Origin: a virus
Taxonomy: Duplodnaviria > Caudoviricetes
DNA: 55,770 nucleotides
Virus record (IMG/VR): IMGVR_UViG_3300045996_001623
Coordinates: 1 to 55,770 of that record
Direction: 5' to 3' (one strand)
Part shown: positions 25,401-34,679 of the stretch, in pieces
Layout of the letters: every line of letters begins with the position of its first letter
Numbering within the stretch: position 1 is the first letter of the stretch
Made by a program: the position numbers and the translations under genes
The notes under the pieces: model-generated
Seen by the model: the letters and a program-made list of their open reading frames with translations, nothing else
Database searches by the model: none
Told to the model about the DNA's origin: nothing

Positions 25401-26202
25401 CATCTCAGGCGGCTTCGCGACGGCCCTGGCGAACATCTCGACGTGGGTGTCCGACGCCTGGGCCAAGCTGGCCGACTTCGCGACGCAGGCCCCCGGCAAG
25501 GTTGGGTCGTTCGTCACCGGGCTCGCCTCCAAGATCGGCGAGGGCACGTCGGCCGCCTTCTCGAAGATCAACGAGTGGGTGTCCGACGCCTGGACCCGGT
25601 TCTCGACGTGGGCCGGTGAGGTCCCGAACAAGGTGGCGTCGGTCGTCACATCGCTGCCCGCCAAGATCGGCGAGGCCACCGCCGCCGCCCTGTCGAAGAT
25701 CAAGGAATGGGTCACGAACGGGCTCTCCGAGATCGGCCGGTTCGTGTCCGGGCTGCCCGGCAAGCTGGCCGGGGCCGCAGGCGACCTCGCCTCCGGCATG
25801 TATAACGCTTTGAAGAACGCATGGAACTCGGCGGCACGACGGCTGTCCGTCACCGTCGACCTGCCCGGCCCGTTCGGCTCCATGACGTTCGGTGTGCCCA
25901 CGTTCGCTCTCGGCGGCATCATCCCCGGCAGCATCGGCGGCACCATGCTGATCGCCGGTGAAGGCGGACGGTCCGAAGCGATCGTCCCCATGGAACGGCC
26001 GTCACGGGCCCTGGCGATCATGCAGGAAGCCGGGCTCGACCGGCTCGTGTTGGAGGCGTACCTGGGCCGTCTCGTGACCGGCTCGACGACCACGGGAGAC
26101 GTCACGATGCTCCGGATCGACAACGCCGTCATCGCTCAGCCCGTCGATGCCGACATGCTCGCCCAGAAGACCGCCAGCGCCTACCGTCGGTTGTCGTCAT
26201 GA
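22441..26202 (+). CDS. Tape measure protein
   Basis: 1253 aa, IGTAYVRI N-terminus, W/F-periodic repeats, C-terminal FALGG..AGEGG.SEAIVP. Confidence 0.95.
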   Translation: MAAELIGTAYVRIKAITSGLASDISDGLDRGVRDARADTDRSGRMLGDDLGEAVTEGFADNLGDGGIADVVEDALDAPEVQRTSERGGGRMAASLRRGVERENRRRNPFSSLLTSLERIGDAIPTGGVKLWGTLFSPQIVQAFAPLISSTITGLTAGLGFLTEAAAGAGAALLGAATVAIPGFAVLLSALMADTEELENFKEAAKGLLAPWRQVAVATQRTLLPGLEGALDAMQSLVPLFTEFGSQIGRIAGDVAFFGAHILTSERNLGALADILSVSESAWQKMGDAALAVVDGIFPFLAAAAPLGDRLAGAFQRMAERFRDFAIAGYETGTLAETFDRWADRLSQVVDIVGNLAGALWNVLTIGADNAQNIFDRIQEVTQGWQDFTNSVAGQNAIQAWYDRSKPLLSEIWGLLGDISNIFIRPLIFSDDESTSAATEFVRTLRDDWLPVLGELSRSLSGQGLGEALGRLADSFIGLLDSLAGSGTLSSTIETLAGAMDLMAGALENPIFQTITPYLFTMLGVLKGLSILAGPLRLLVPVLNGVAGAFTLMAGGTAIGVLAAAIGALAISVGAVYIAFQNWDTILGWLEEGYEWFSKLSGPVQILAGVLGGLVVLTNPLGLFATAVLGITAALKNLAAIGEFFSGVGDTIAEFFSGIGDAVVGLPETLGRVVDSIGEALSGLPSRLGALATELPDALSDALVGGMRALPNLILDGLGGLGELGGTLLGLIAEGLQEGLPRLAEFFTSLPGYILDFIGNVASTIVPVGLQILGFLVQGLVQALPRVAAFFIALPFRILTLLRRGIAEMIQLGIEMIVGLVQGFIAALPRIINWFQALPGNIVSFIGDASNWLRETGNRVLLGLLAGLQSTLTTIGTWFLNLPSYIASWTSSAASWLVETGGLLIQGLLSGIQTVWGSVNEFFAGAPAAILAALGDFFGTIWAGVSAGAAAFLSNVDLWVGEVIVFFAGLPGRAISAVGDLGGAIWGAISGGFATALANISTWVSDAWAKLADFATQAPGKVGSFVTGLASKIGEGTSAAFSKINEWVSDAWTRFSTWAGEVPNKVASVVTSLPAKIGEATAAALSKIKEWVTNGLSEIGRFVSGLPGKLAGAAGDLASGMYNALKNAWNSAARRLSVTVDLPGPFGSMTFGVPTFALGGIIPGSIGGTMLIAGEGGRSEAIVPMERPSRALAIMQEAGLDRLVLEAYLGRLVTGSTTTGDVTMLRIDNAVIAQPVDADMLAQKTASAYRRLSS

Positions 26203-27878
26203 CGTACCCAGTGGACTGGCCAGAGCCCGGCAAGATGCACTTCCGGCTCGTCAACGACCGGCTCGGTCGTCTCGACCTGGACCCCGAATCCGGCTACGTC
26301 GTCACCGCCTACGACCTCGGGCATCCGGAGGTCCGCGAGGTCCGCGTCCCGAACTCGCTCGACAACGGCTCGTTCGACAACACCCGCTACTACGGGGCGC
26401 GGGCGATCACGCTCGACGTCACGTTGAAGCCGCACACCGGTGTCGGGCCGACCACCGGGTTCATCGCGTCCGAAGCCCAACTCCGGGACCGGTTGAAGGC
26501 ATTCACGAACCCCGGGGTCCGGTCGTCGCTGCTGCTGTCCGAGCACCAGGACAACCGGGTGAAGCAAGCCCTGATCCGCGGCGCCGATATGTCCGGCGGG
26601 GTGTTCCGGGAGAACTACAACAAGATGTCGGTGTCGTGGGTGGCGCCCCGTGGGGTGCTGCTCTCCTACGACCGTCGCTGCTACCCGTTCTCGTTCGGCT
26701 CGGACACGTCCGACACCCAGACCATCACGATCCTCAACGAGGGCAGCGCCGAGTCGCATTGGATCGCCACCCTGTCCGGTGAAGCGGTGAAGCCCAGGCT
26801 GATCCTGAACGGCACCCAGGTCCTCCAACTCGACTACACGTCGGCGGCCGGAGACACCATCGTCATCGACTCGTTCTCACGGACCGTGACGATCAATGGC
26901 ACCCAGGTCGGCTTCAAGTACGTCGCCGACAACGCCGCGTGGTTCCAGATCCCGCCCGGCGTGTCCGAACTCACCATCGAGCAGGACACGTACACGGTGG
27001 AGGGCTACCCGTACGCCTACTGGCAGGGCACCGCCAACGTCTACCGCGACAACTTCGACCGGGCCAACGGCACCCTCGGCTCCGGGTGGACCGTCGCCAA
27101 CCCGCGGCCGTCGACGAACCTGAACGTCGAACCGGCCATCATCGACAAGGTCGCCGTCACCCCGCGTGACGCGGGCACGGGCAGCGTCGAGACCCGCAAC
27201 TACCACCGGCTCACCACCCCGCTCGCTGCGGGCACCCAGTACGTCGAGTTCGAGGTCCAGAACTTCTACCAGTGGCCCGACGAACTCACCGGCGGCACGG
27301 GCCCGGTGATGACCGCCAACGTGGAGGCGTACACCCAGATGAACACCAGCAACCTCGCGGCGCAAGCCGTGAAGCTGGTGTACGACATCGCCAACCGGCG
27401 CATCACCTACTCCCTGTTCCGCTACAACACGGCAGGAGCGGCGCAGACCCCGATCGCCACCGGCAACATCCCGTGGCCGCTGTCGTCGCTCAACCGGCCC
27501 GCCCGCTTCAAGCTGGAATCCACCGCCGCCGGGGTCAACACCCTGTGGATGAACGGGCAACAGATCGTGCAGGCCACCCAGTCCAGCCCGCCCGCCGGGA
27601 CGTTCGCCGGGTACTCGCTCCACTGGCGAGCGACCGACACCGTCGCCGCGACCGCCCCCCGACTGAACTTCTTCGAGGCCGGAGGCCCACCGACCGGATC
27701 GCCGCTGCAGACCGCCCCCGACTTCACGAACTGGGCGACCCCGCCCGGCACCACCCCACCGAACAACCCGCCGCCCGTCGGCCGCCCACCGTGGGCGTGG
27801 ACCACGAGCGTCGACCCAGGCACCGGTCTCCCCGGCCGCCTCAACATCTCGTTCTGCTACTACGACCAGTTCCTCTGA
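26199..27878 (+). CDS. Distal tail (Dit) protein with inserted lectin-like domain
   Basis: Follows TMP; G.R.ITL, WFQIPPG.SEL; insertion starting RDNFDRANG. Confidence 0.8.
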   Translation: MTYPVDWPEPGKMHFRLVNDRLGRLDLDPESGYVVTAYDLGHPEVREVRVPNSLDNGSFDNTRYYGARAITLDVTLKPHTGVGPTTGFIASEAQLRDRLKAFTNPGVRSSLLLSEHQDNRVKQALIRGADMSGGVFRENYNKMSVSWVAPRGVLLSYDRRCYPFSFGSDTSDTQTITILNEGSAESHWIATLSGEAVKPRLILNGTQVLQLDYTSAAGDTIVIDSFSRTVTINGTQVGFKYVADNAAWFQIPPGVSELTIEQDTYTVEGYPYAYWQGTANVYRDNFDRANGTLGSGWTVANPRPSTNLNVEPAIIDKVAVTPRDAGTGSVETRNYHRLTTPLAAGTQYVEFEVQNFYQWPDELTGGTGPVMTANVEAYTQMNTSNLAAQAVKLVYDIANRRITYSLFRYNTAGAAQTPIATGNIPWPLSSLNRPARFKLESTAAGVNTLWMNGQQIVQATQSSPPAGTFAGYSLHWRATDTVAATAPRLNFFEAGGPPTGSPLQTAPDFTNWATPPGTTPPNNPPPVGRPPWAWTTSVDPGTGLPGRLNISFCYYDQFL

Positions 27879-27885
27879 GGTTCCG

Positions 27886-29316
27886 ATGCCCCGTGTTACC
27901 GATTCCAGCTACCCGTCGTTCGGCGCAGGCGACCTCGACGACGACGACGTCGCGCTGATCGTCAAGGACAACGAGGTCGGCCGCGCCGACCGTGCAGCGA
28001 TGCGGGACTGGCTGCGCACCGACGCCGCGATCCGCACCCTGATCGGCCAGACCCTCGTCCCCGGCAACGGCGTCCAGATCACCCCGGACGGGGCGACGCT
28101 GACCCTGACCATCAACGTCAACATCGGCGGCGGCGAAGACATCGAATGGATCAACGGCGCCGGGCCCGTCGTCACCGCCCCGAACGGAACCAAGTACCGG
28201 CTCGGCGTGTCGAACGCCGGAGCGCTCACCCTCACCGCGCTCGGTGCTGTCGCCACCACCCCGAAGACCGGGTTCGCCACCGGCACTGTCTGGTCGACGC
28301 CGCTGTCGACCGACCACAACCTGATGTCGTCGATCGCTCCGGCCGGGTTCGTCCGCTCGGACTTCTCGTGGAAGGTGGTGCAGCCGAACAACGCCGGAGA
28401 GTTCATCTGGACCACCTACGACGCCCGCATCGCCGCGACGAACGCTGTCGGCATGAAGACGCTCGCCATGCTCGGCTACTCGCCTGGCTGGGCCAACGGC
28501 GGCAACACCCTCGACGACAAGTTCCCGCCCGCCGTCGGGTTCACCGACGAATGGCAGGAGTACTGCCGTCGCTTCGCTGAGCGGTACATCCCGCAGGGGG
28601 TTCGCCACTTCGAACTGTGGAACGAGCCCAACCTGCAGCGGTTCTGGAAGCCCGCCCCGAACGTCGCCGACTACGTCAACCGGGTCCTCATCCCCGGCGC
28701 CGCAGGGCTGCGCGCCGCCGCCACCGCCGCAGGCGTCACCATCACCGTCATCACGGCCGGGACCGCCCCGGCGCTCAACGGCACGAACGTCGACCCGCGC
28801 ACCTGGTACACCGGCGTCTACTCGAACGGCGGCAAGAACCACTTCGACGCCATCGGTCACCACCCGTACACGTGGCCGTTCCCTCCCGGCCAGGACTCGC
28901 ACATCCCGCCCGGCTCGTTCTCGCCGAACCAGTGGAACACGATGATCCAGACCCTGGCGATCCGCCAGACGATGCTGACCAACACCGACGGGGCGAAGAA
29001 GATCTGGGCGACCGAAGTCGGCGCCCCGTCGCGCGACGCAGCGCCGACGTACCCGACGACCGGTCACCAGAACTTCGTGTCGCACACCACGCTCGCCACC
29101 CGCATCAACGAGATCACCGACTACTGGTACGCCCTGCCGTCCGGCAGCGACCTCGGCTGGGCCGGGCCGATCATCTGGTACCAGCACCGCAACCAGTCGG
29201 CGGAGCCGCTCGGGACGAACACCGAAGGCGGGTTCGGCATCGTCTACAACTCGGGCACCGACAAGCCGAACGGGGTCCGGGCCGCGCTCACCGCCAAGTT
29301 CGCGCAGTACGCATGA
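27886..29316 (+). CDS. Tail-associated clan GH-A glycoside hydrolase (GH5/GH39-like)
   Basis: VRSDFSW, ELWNEPN acid/base, FDAIGHHPY, IWATEVG nucleophile; N-terminal APNGTKYRLGVSNAG phage tail motif. Confidence 0.85.
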   Translation: MPRVTDSSYPSFGAGDLDDDDVALIVKDNEVGRADRAAMRDWLRTDAAIRTLIGQTLVPGNGVQITPDGATLTLTINVNIGGGEDIEWINGAGPVVTAPNGTKYRLGVSNAGALTLTALGAVATTPKTGFATGTVWSTPLSTDHNLMSSIAPAGFVRSDFSWKVVQPNNAGEFIWTTYDARIAATNAVGMKTLAMLGYSPGWANGGNTLDDKFPPAVGFTDEWQEYCRRFAERYIPQGVRHFELWNEPNLQRFWKPAPNVADYVNRVLIPGAAGLRAAATAAGVTITVITAGTAPALNGTNVDPRTWYTGVYSNGGKNHFDAIGHHPYTWPFPPGQDSHIPPGSFSPNQWNTMIQTLAIRQTMLTNTDGAKKIWATEVGAPSRDAAPTYPTTGHQNFVSHTTLATRINEITDYWYALPSGSDLGWAGPIIWYQHRNQSAEPLGTNTEGGFGIVYNSGTDKPNGVRAALTAKFAQYA

Positions 29317-29317
29317 C

Positions 29318-31156
29318 ATGGCAGAACTTCTCGACCAGAACGGGGCCCCGCTCCTAGACCAGAACGACCTGCCCCTCACCGACCTGCTCGGTGCCACCCC
29401 GCCCCCTCCGGGCGGCGGCGGCACCGGCGGCGGCGGAGGGGTTGAGGTCGGGCCTGACCCGTTCGACTGGTCCCCGCTCGAAGAAGAGAAGCACGTCTGG
29501 CGGGTCGCGATCATCACCGGCGGCGAAGCCTGGCACCTGCCCCAGTACTCCGGGATCTCGCTCACCCTGACCCACGACGGCGTCCGGGCGTCCATCGAGA
29601 TCCCGACCGACGTCGTGGCGATCGGCTACATCCGGGACCTCGTCTCCGACCTGATCTACTACCGCGACGACGTCGAGATGTACCGGCTCCGCGTCGTCGA
29701 CAGCGAAGACATCGTCGGCCGGGACGGGTCGATGGTCCGGTTCGAGTGCGTCAGCTACGAGCACCTGTTGAAGCGGCGCATCCTCCGTGAGGACCGCATC
29801 CTCACCGACGAGGACATCGACGCTGCCTGGTGGCTGATCTCGTACACCCAGGCGTTCCACTCGTTGGGGATCACCCGTGGAACCCTCACCCCCGGCGTCT
29901 CCCGGCAACGGACCCTGTCCGCAGGCACCGACATCAACACGGCGATCAACGACTTCGCGATCGCCGACGGCGGGTTCGACTGGTGGATCGACTCGCAGCT
30001 TCGGTTCTGGGCGGCGAAGCCACGGCGTGGTGTCGAACTGGACATCGACTGGCTCGTCGGCGGCCAGGTCGCCGAGATGCAGCGCCTCTCCCCGATCGAG
30101 GACTACGCCTCGGTGATCCTCGCCACCGGCGCCACCGGTGAGACCCGCATCCCGGACGGGGCCGGAGGCGAGACGGTGTACCCGCCGCCGCCGCCGCAAC
30201 TCGTCCAGTCCCCGTCGATGCCGTTCGGGCTGTGGGAGACCGCCGTCAGCTACTCCGATGTGGTCACGGCGGGGTCGCTGCTCACGAAGGCGAACTGGAA
30301 CCTGCTCGACAAGGGCAACATCCGGCCGACGTACAAGCTGACCCTCGAACCTGGCACCTGGCATCCGGGCATCCATCTCGGCGACGTCGTCCGGCTCCGT
30401 GTCGTCATCCCGCCGCGGGTCGACATCAAGGTCCCCATCCGCATCGAAGAGATGCAGATTGAGTGCTCCACGGACGGGTCCGAGACCGTGACGATGTCGG
30501 TGCGCGCGGAGGAACCCGAGACGTTCGTGACGCCATCGCCGATCGGGCCGATCCCGACGGTGCCGCTGGCTGACCCGAACGGCAAGACGGTGCAGCGCAG
30601 GCGGCTCTCAGGGACCGATGAGATGGCGTCAGTCATGAGGTCCCTCCACGAGCGCCTGCAGGCCCAGGAGAGGGCCCCAGGGCCCACTCCGGAGATCTGG
30701 GTGCCGTACACGGTGGCGTGGTACACGGACGGCTCAGCGATCGTTATGGGCGCCACGACCCTGCAGGGCTGGTACCGGAAGTCCGGCAAGGCCGTCGACT
30801 ACCGCATCGCGATGAACGTCGGCGCCGGATGGGGCGGCGGAACGCAACGGTGGTCGTTCTCTCTGCCGTTCCCGGCCGCCTCCGCGGCGGAAGGCGGGTT
30901 CGAGCAGGATGACGGCACCGTGAAGCTGTGGTGTGCGCTGGGCAACATGATCGGCTTCCCGCACATCCCAGCGACCAGCACCCGCGTGTACCCGCTCGCC
31001 CCGCAGAACGCGACGTCGCAGTTGTACGACTTCGTCCGGAACGCCGACGCCTCCGCAGCGGCCGGGACCGGCATTCCGAACATCCCGGGCTACTACACGT
31101 TCGAGAACCCGGGCCGGAACCTGATCATCTCCGGGACCTACATCGCCGCTGTGTGA
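29318..31156 (+). CDS. Baseplate hub / minor tail protein (ReqiPepy6 gp37-like) with C-terminal fibre domain
   Basis: GFDWWID, LGDVVRL..RIEE; C-terminal GWYRK.GK..FSLPFPA. Confidence 0.75.
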   Translation: MAELLDQNGAPLLDQNDLPLTDLLGATPPPPGGGGTGGGGGVEVGPDPFDWSPLEEEKHVWRVAIITGGEAWHLPQYSGISLTLTHDGVRASIEIPTDVVAIGYIRDLVSDLIYYRDDVEMYRLRVVDSEDIVGRDGSMVRFECVSYEHLLKRRILREDRILTDEDIDAAWWLISYTQAFHSLGITRGTLTPGVSRQRTLSAGTDINTAINDFAIADGGFDWWIDSQLRFWAAKPRRGVELDIDWLVGGQVAEMQRLSPIEDYASVILATGATGETRIPDGAGGETVYPPPPPQLVQSPSMPFGLWETAVSYSDVVTAGSLLTKANWNLLDKGNIRPTYKLTLEPGTWHPGIHLGDVVRLRVVIPPRVDIKVPIRIEEMQIECSTDGSETVTMSVRAEEPETFVTPSPIGPIPTVPLADPNGKTVQRRRLSGTDEMASVMRSLHERLQAQERAPGPTPEIWVPYTVAWYTDGSAIVMGATTLQGWYRKSGKAVDYRIAMNVGAGWGGGTQRWSFSLPFPAASAAEGGFEQDDGTVKLWCALGNMIGFPHIPATSTRVYPLAPQNATSQLYDFVRNADASAAAGTGIPNIPGYYTFENPGRNLIISGTYIAAV

Positions 31157-31180
31157 CCTGCGGGCGCGTAGCATCCTGCC

Positions 31181-32026
31181 ATGCGCTCGATCGTGAAGGC
31201 GCCCGCACTGCGCGAGGCGAAGCACAGCCTGGTCAACGTCGGGAACGTCGTCAACACCGGCGACAACCGGTGGGAGGACGGGGTCGTGTTCACGCCGGTG
31301 GGCTGCCCGACCGTGTTCGGCCACATCCCGATCTGCGTGTCAGAGGACAAGTCGCCGTACTACGACTGCCCGCCCCCGGTCGAAGCCACCCCGTACCTGC
31401 TCGAAGTCGGCCTGCAGTGGTCGACGATGGACCTCGGTGTCGACCCGAAGGAGATGCTCGAAGACGCACTCCGGTTCGGGACATCCAGCGTCCTCGAACG
31501 GCTCTCCACCAGCGGCATCGCCGACGTCGCCGGAGCAACCCCGCTCACCCTGCCGGTCCGGGCCGGGACCGTCGTCACCGGCGGGGTCGTCGGCCGGGTC
31601 ATGGCCGGGGCCACCGCCCCTCCCACCCTCGCCTCCGCTCTCGACGTCGGCGGCACCCACACCACCGCCCAACAGGCCATCGGCGCTCTCGAAGCGAAGC
31701 TGCTCGACTCCGGCGACCACATCCCCGGTTCCGGCACGATCCTCATGTCGGCGTACACGGCGGCGACGTCGAACGGTGCGCTCGTCCGGGACTCGGACGG
31801 CAACCTGCGCACCCTCGCCACCGACTCGCTCGTCGTCGTCGGCAACATCGCGGCGCAGGGCACGATCTACGGGGTCGTCGGCGACATCGACGTGTACCTC
31901 GGGGACATCATCAACGTCGAGTTCACCGACCGGGCGAAGAACGAGTGGATCGGCCGGGCGGAGCGCCGGGCCATCGCCGTGTGGAACCCGTGCGTGGCGT
32001 TCAAGTCGTCCTACACCGCGGCCTGA
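31181..32026 (+). CDS. Second capsid protein (probable pentamer protein)
   Basis: SL..V...RWEDGV.F.P.GC and DR..NE...AER...WNPC resemble the gene normally next to this capsid type; leaderless after TAGCAT 31169. Confidence 0.65.
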   Translation: MRSIVKAPALREAKHSLVNVGNVVNTGDNRWEDGVVFTPVGCPTVFGHIPICVSEDKSPYYDCPPPVEATPYLLEVGLQWSTMDLGVDPKEMLEDALRFGTSSVLERLSTSGIADVAGATPLTLPVRAGTVVTGGVVGRVMAGATAPPTLASALDVGGTHTTAQQAIGALEAKLLDSGDHIPGSGTILMSAYTAATSNGALVRDSDGNLRTLATDSLVVVGNIAAQGTIYGVVGDIDVYLGDIINVEFTDRAKNEWIGRAERRAIAVWNPCVAFKSSYTAA

Positions 32027-32073
32027 CCCTGCTCACCGCCTACAATGGCGGGTAAGACCCAGACGGAAGGAAC

Positions 32074-32583
32074 ATGATGACGAAGCCAGAGGCCCACTCC
32101 GTGCGTGACGGAGCGACCCGCGAGATCCGGTTCACCGGAGTTCTGCTCGCTGAGGTCTCGTCCCGCCACAACGCAGGACCTCGTTGGACGGAGCTACGTC
32201 TGTTCCGCACCGAAGCCGGGTCGTACGTGTTGGAGAAGGTCGGGGTGTCCGTCGTCGTTCACACTCCCGGCTGCCCCAACATTCTGGGCAACCTCCCCCG
32301 TTTCCAGGAGGCCCACCCTGGCGCCGACCCGGCCGACGGGAACTGGTGGTTCTGCGAAGTGTGCGGCGATCAGGCCGTGCGCGGTGACATCACCCGGCTG
32401 CTCGTGGAGACGAACCGGTACTGGGCGACGATCGCGGAGGACCCCGCTCTGATCGTCGACGCTCTGTACCGTCGGAAGAACGGGGCCCGGTCGATGATGC
32501 GGGTGTCGCTCGACCTGCTCAACGAGGCCAGCAAGGCCGACCCGAAGATCGCTGACGTCTACCAGGCCGAGTTCGTCCTATAG
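32074..32583 (+). CDS. Hypothetical phage protein
   Basis: -10 TACAAT 32041, SD GAAGGA; PRWTELRLFRT..G.YVL motif. Confidence 0.75.
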   Translation: MMTKPEAHSVRDGATREIRFTGVLLAEVSSRHNAGPRWTELRLFRTEAGSYVLEKVGVSVVVHTPGCPNILGNLPRFQEAHPGADPADGNWWFCEVCGDQAVRGDITRLLVETNRYWATIAEDPALIVDALYRRKNGARSMMRVSLDLLNEASKADPKIADVYQAEFVL

Positions 32584-32657
32584 TGGGCGACGGATCGGGT
32601 GCCCGGAGACCGGGGCTCGCAGTCCCTCCCAACCACATCGTTCAGGAGGAACTGCTG

Positions 32658-32921
32658 ATGTCCGTCACCGCCCGCTTCTACGTCGCTGAGATGACCCACC
32701 GGTCGTACGACCCGGATGCCGCTGAGATCACGTTGAAGCCCGCCTACAACAACGGGTCGGGCAACGAGGCGTGGGCGAAGGCGACGCCGTCCGGCGAGAT
32801 GAAGCTGCAGGTCCAGAACCATCCGGCCGTCCAGTTCTTCGCCGAGGCGATGCGGGACCGTCGAGATCTGCACATCACGTTCGACTACGTGGCCGCTGAG
32901 GACGAAGCCCCAGCGGCCTGA
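32658..32921 (+). CDS. Hypothetical conserved protein
   Basis: SD AGGAGG; N..WAKATPSG motif; start reassigned. Confidence 0.75.
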   Translation: MSVTARFYVAEMTHRSYDPDAAEITLKPAYNNGSGNEAWAKATPSGEMKLQVQNHPAVQFFAEAMRDRRDLHITFDYVAAEDEAPAA

Positions 32922-32924
32922 TCG

Positions 32925-33365
32925 TCAGGGCAGCGTGGCGCCGCAGATGCGGCACATCGTCAGGTCGGCGGCGAGGTCGATGGCTCCGTGGCCGTGCTCG
33001 TCGGTGTGCGGGCACAGTTCGCGCCGCCCGGCAGAGCGCCCGGTCTCCAACGCCCCGGCGAACCAGGCAAGCATCGTGGCGACGTCCGGGCAGATGCCGT
33101 GGGTGCTGACACGCTCCCCGCCGAACTGGTGGACGAACGCCTCGGCCCACTCCATGGCGTCCGTCGTGGACGTGAGGCGGTTCATGTTGGCGCCCCACCG
33201 CCCCTCGGCGTCCCGGCTGTAGCCGAACTCCGCCTCGGCGGAGAGGGCTTCGATGTCGGCGTCGGTGAGGACATTGCCAGTGGCCGTGACCATCTGGTCC
33301 TCGGCGTCCTGGTCGGCGCGTGCCTGGGCTTCCCAGTCGGTGTCAAACGGGTCGTGGTTCATCAA
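32925..33365 (-). CDS. Hypothetical protein
   Basis: 4-nt overlap with ERF gene, codon bias. Confidence 0.65.
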   Translation of the reverse strand: MMNHDPFDTDWEAQARADQDAEDQMVTATGNVLTDADIEALSAEAEFGYSRDAEGRWGANMNRLTSTTDAMEWAEAFVHQFGGERVSTHGICPDVATMLAWFAGALETGRSAGRRELCPHTDEHGHGAIDLAADLTMCRICGATLP

Positions 33366-34048
33366 AACGGCTCTTCATCTCCTGGTGGCGGGGTCTGCTG
33401 CTCGATCTCAGTGAGCAGGACGTTCAGGTAGCCCTCGACCTCGTCCAGCCACTCCGCGTCCTCGAACAGGGCCTTGCCGGACAGCTTCTTCCCGGCCGAC
33501 GTCGCCCATGCCTTCGTCTCGGCCTTGTATCGCTCCGAGAGGCCCCCGAGCGTGGTCAGGACGGCGTCGATGCGGTCGGGGCGGGTATCGCGCGGTGCGG
33601 GCCGCTCTGGGGCTGCTGGGGGCGCCTTGGCGGCTGCGTGGCCGTCGTCGTCTTCGGTGGCCAGGTTGCAGATCGACAGGATCGAGTAGCGGCGCGCGTA
33701 GCTGATAGCCGACCCGACGTTCTGCGGGGTGCCACCGGCGGGCTTGATGTAGAGCGGCGGGAACCGGAGCCACTCGCCGGACTCGTGGAAGAAGGTGGTG
33801 GAGACGCCGACCTCGGTGGCGGTCTGCGACATGACGAGACCGTGGTCGGCCAGCTTCGGGCGGACCTCGTCGAGGACCTGGCTGAGGGTGGCGTACTTGT
33901 AGCGCATCGGTCCGGCTTCGACCTTGGCGTCGAACGTGATGTCCTTCATCGTCTTCAACGCCTTCACGAAGGCGCTGATCACTTCGACGCTGCCGCTGCT
34001 GGTGGTCCAGGTGAACGGGTCGACGGTGGTCGGTTCTGGGTCTGGCAT
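33362..34048 (-). CDS. erf: ERF-family ssDNA annealing protein
   Basis: YKYATL..V...L..HGL, Q..GSAISYARRYS...EDDDG; leaderless ATG 34048. Confidence 0.9.
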   Translation of the reverse strand: MPDPEPTTVDPFTWTTSSGSVEVISAFVKALKTMKDITFDAKVEAGPMRYKYATLSQVLDEVRPKLADHGLVMSQTATEVGVSTTFFHESGEWLRFPPLYIKPAGGTPQNVGSAISYARRYSILSICNLATEDDDGHAAAKAPPAAPERPAPRDTRPDRIDAVLTTLGGLSERYKAETKAWATSAGKKLSGKALFEDAEWLDEVEGYLNVLLTEIEQQTPPPGDEEPF

Positions 34049-34054
34049 GCCGTC

Positions 34055-34118
34055 AGTATAGGGCGCTATCCGTTCTTCGGGCAAGGGGTTGACGACCTGC
34101 CGTATGGTCCGTTATAGT
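34055..34118. promoter_or_regulatory. Back-to-back SigA promoters, both leaderless
   Basis: Minus TTGCCC-18-TATACT to ATG 34048; plus TTGACG-18-TATAGT to ATG 34126. Confidence 0.75.
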
Positions 34119-34125
34119 GATCCCC

Positions 34126-34464
34126 ATGACACAGACAGAGACGCCCGCACCGGGCACGCTCGCCACCTACGGCATCGGCTCCGACCGATACGCCATGGTC
34201 GTCGTCGCCACTGAGCGCAACGGCCGCACCCTCCTGGTCGACTGGCTCTCCAACGTCGAGGACTCCTGCGGCGACGGTCCGTGGACCGCAGAGCAGATCG
34301 CCGACCACGTCGCCCAGCGCCGGGCCGCCGAGCGCGGCGCCCGGTTCGGTGAGGCGTTCAAGCGGTTCACCCGTCGCACCCACGGCGTCTACATCCTGCA
34401 GGGCCAGACGTACGGCAGCCTCCGCCTTGGCGTGGCCGACGACTACCGAGACCCGGGCTTCTGA
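34126..34464 (+). CDS. Hypothetical phage protein
   Basis: GSDRYA..LG...YRDP.F; leaderless. Confidence 0.75.
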   Translation: MTQTETPAPGTLATYGIGSDRYAMVVVATERNGRTLLVDWLSNVEDSCGDGPWTAEQIADHVAQRRAAERGARFGEAFKRFTRRTHGVYILQGQTYGSLRLGVADDYRDPGF

Positions 34465-34679
34465 TGCCCGTATACACGCCGGACACCCCGAAGTACGACA
34501 TCGAGGTCCGGCTGACCGACGAGTGCCCCAACGCATGGGCGATCCTCGCTCACGTCGACGAAGCCCTTCGCAAGCACGGGGTCAGCGTCGAAGAACGTAA
34601 GGCGGTGATGAAGCAGGCGATGGACGGGGACTACGACCACTTGCTGTGGTTCGTGTCCTGCATGGTCTTCGTCACCTAG
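34464..34679 (+). CDS. Hypothetical phage protein
   Basis: TGATG coupling; NAWAI..V..AL..GDYDHLL. Confidence 0.75.
   Translation: MPVYTPDTPKYDIEVRLTDECPNAWAILAHVDEALRKHGVSVEERKAVMKQAMDGDYDHLLWFVSCMVFVT

Noticed and set aside
34676-34679. Convergent stops sharing CTAG (also 50357-50360)
   Set aside because: Ordinary compact convergent overlap with no evidence of further function
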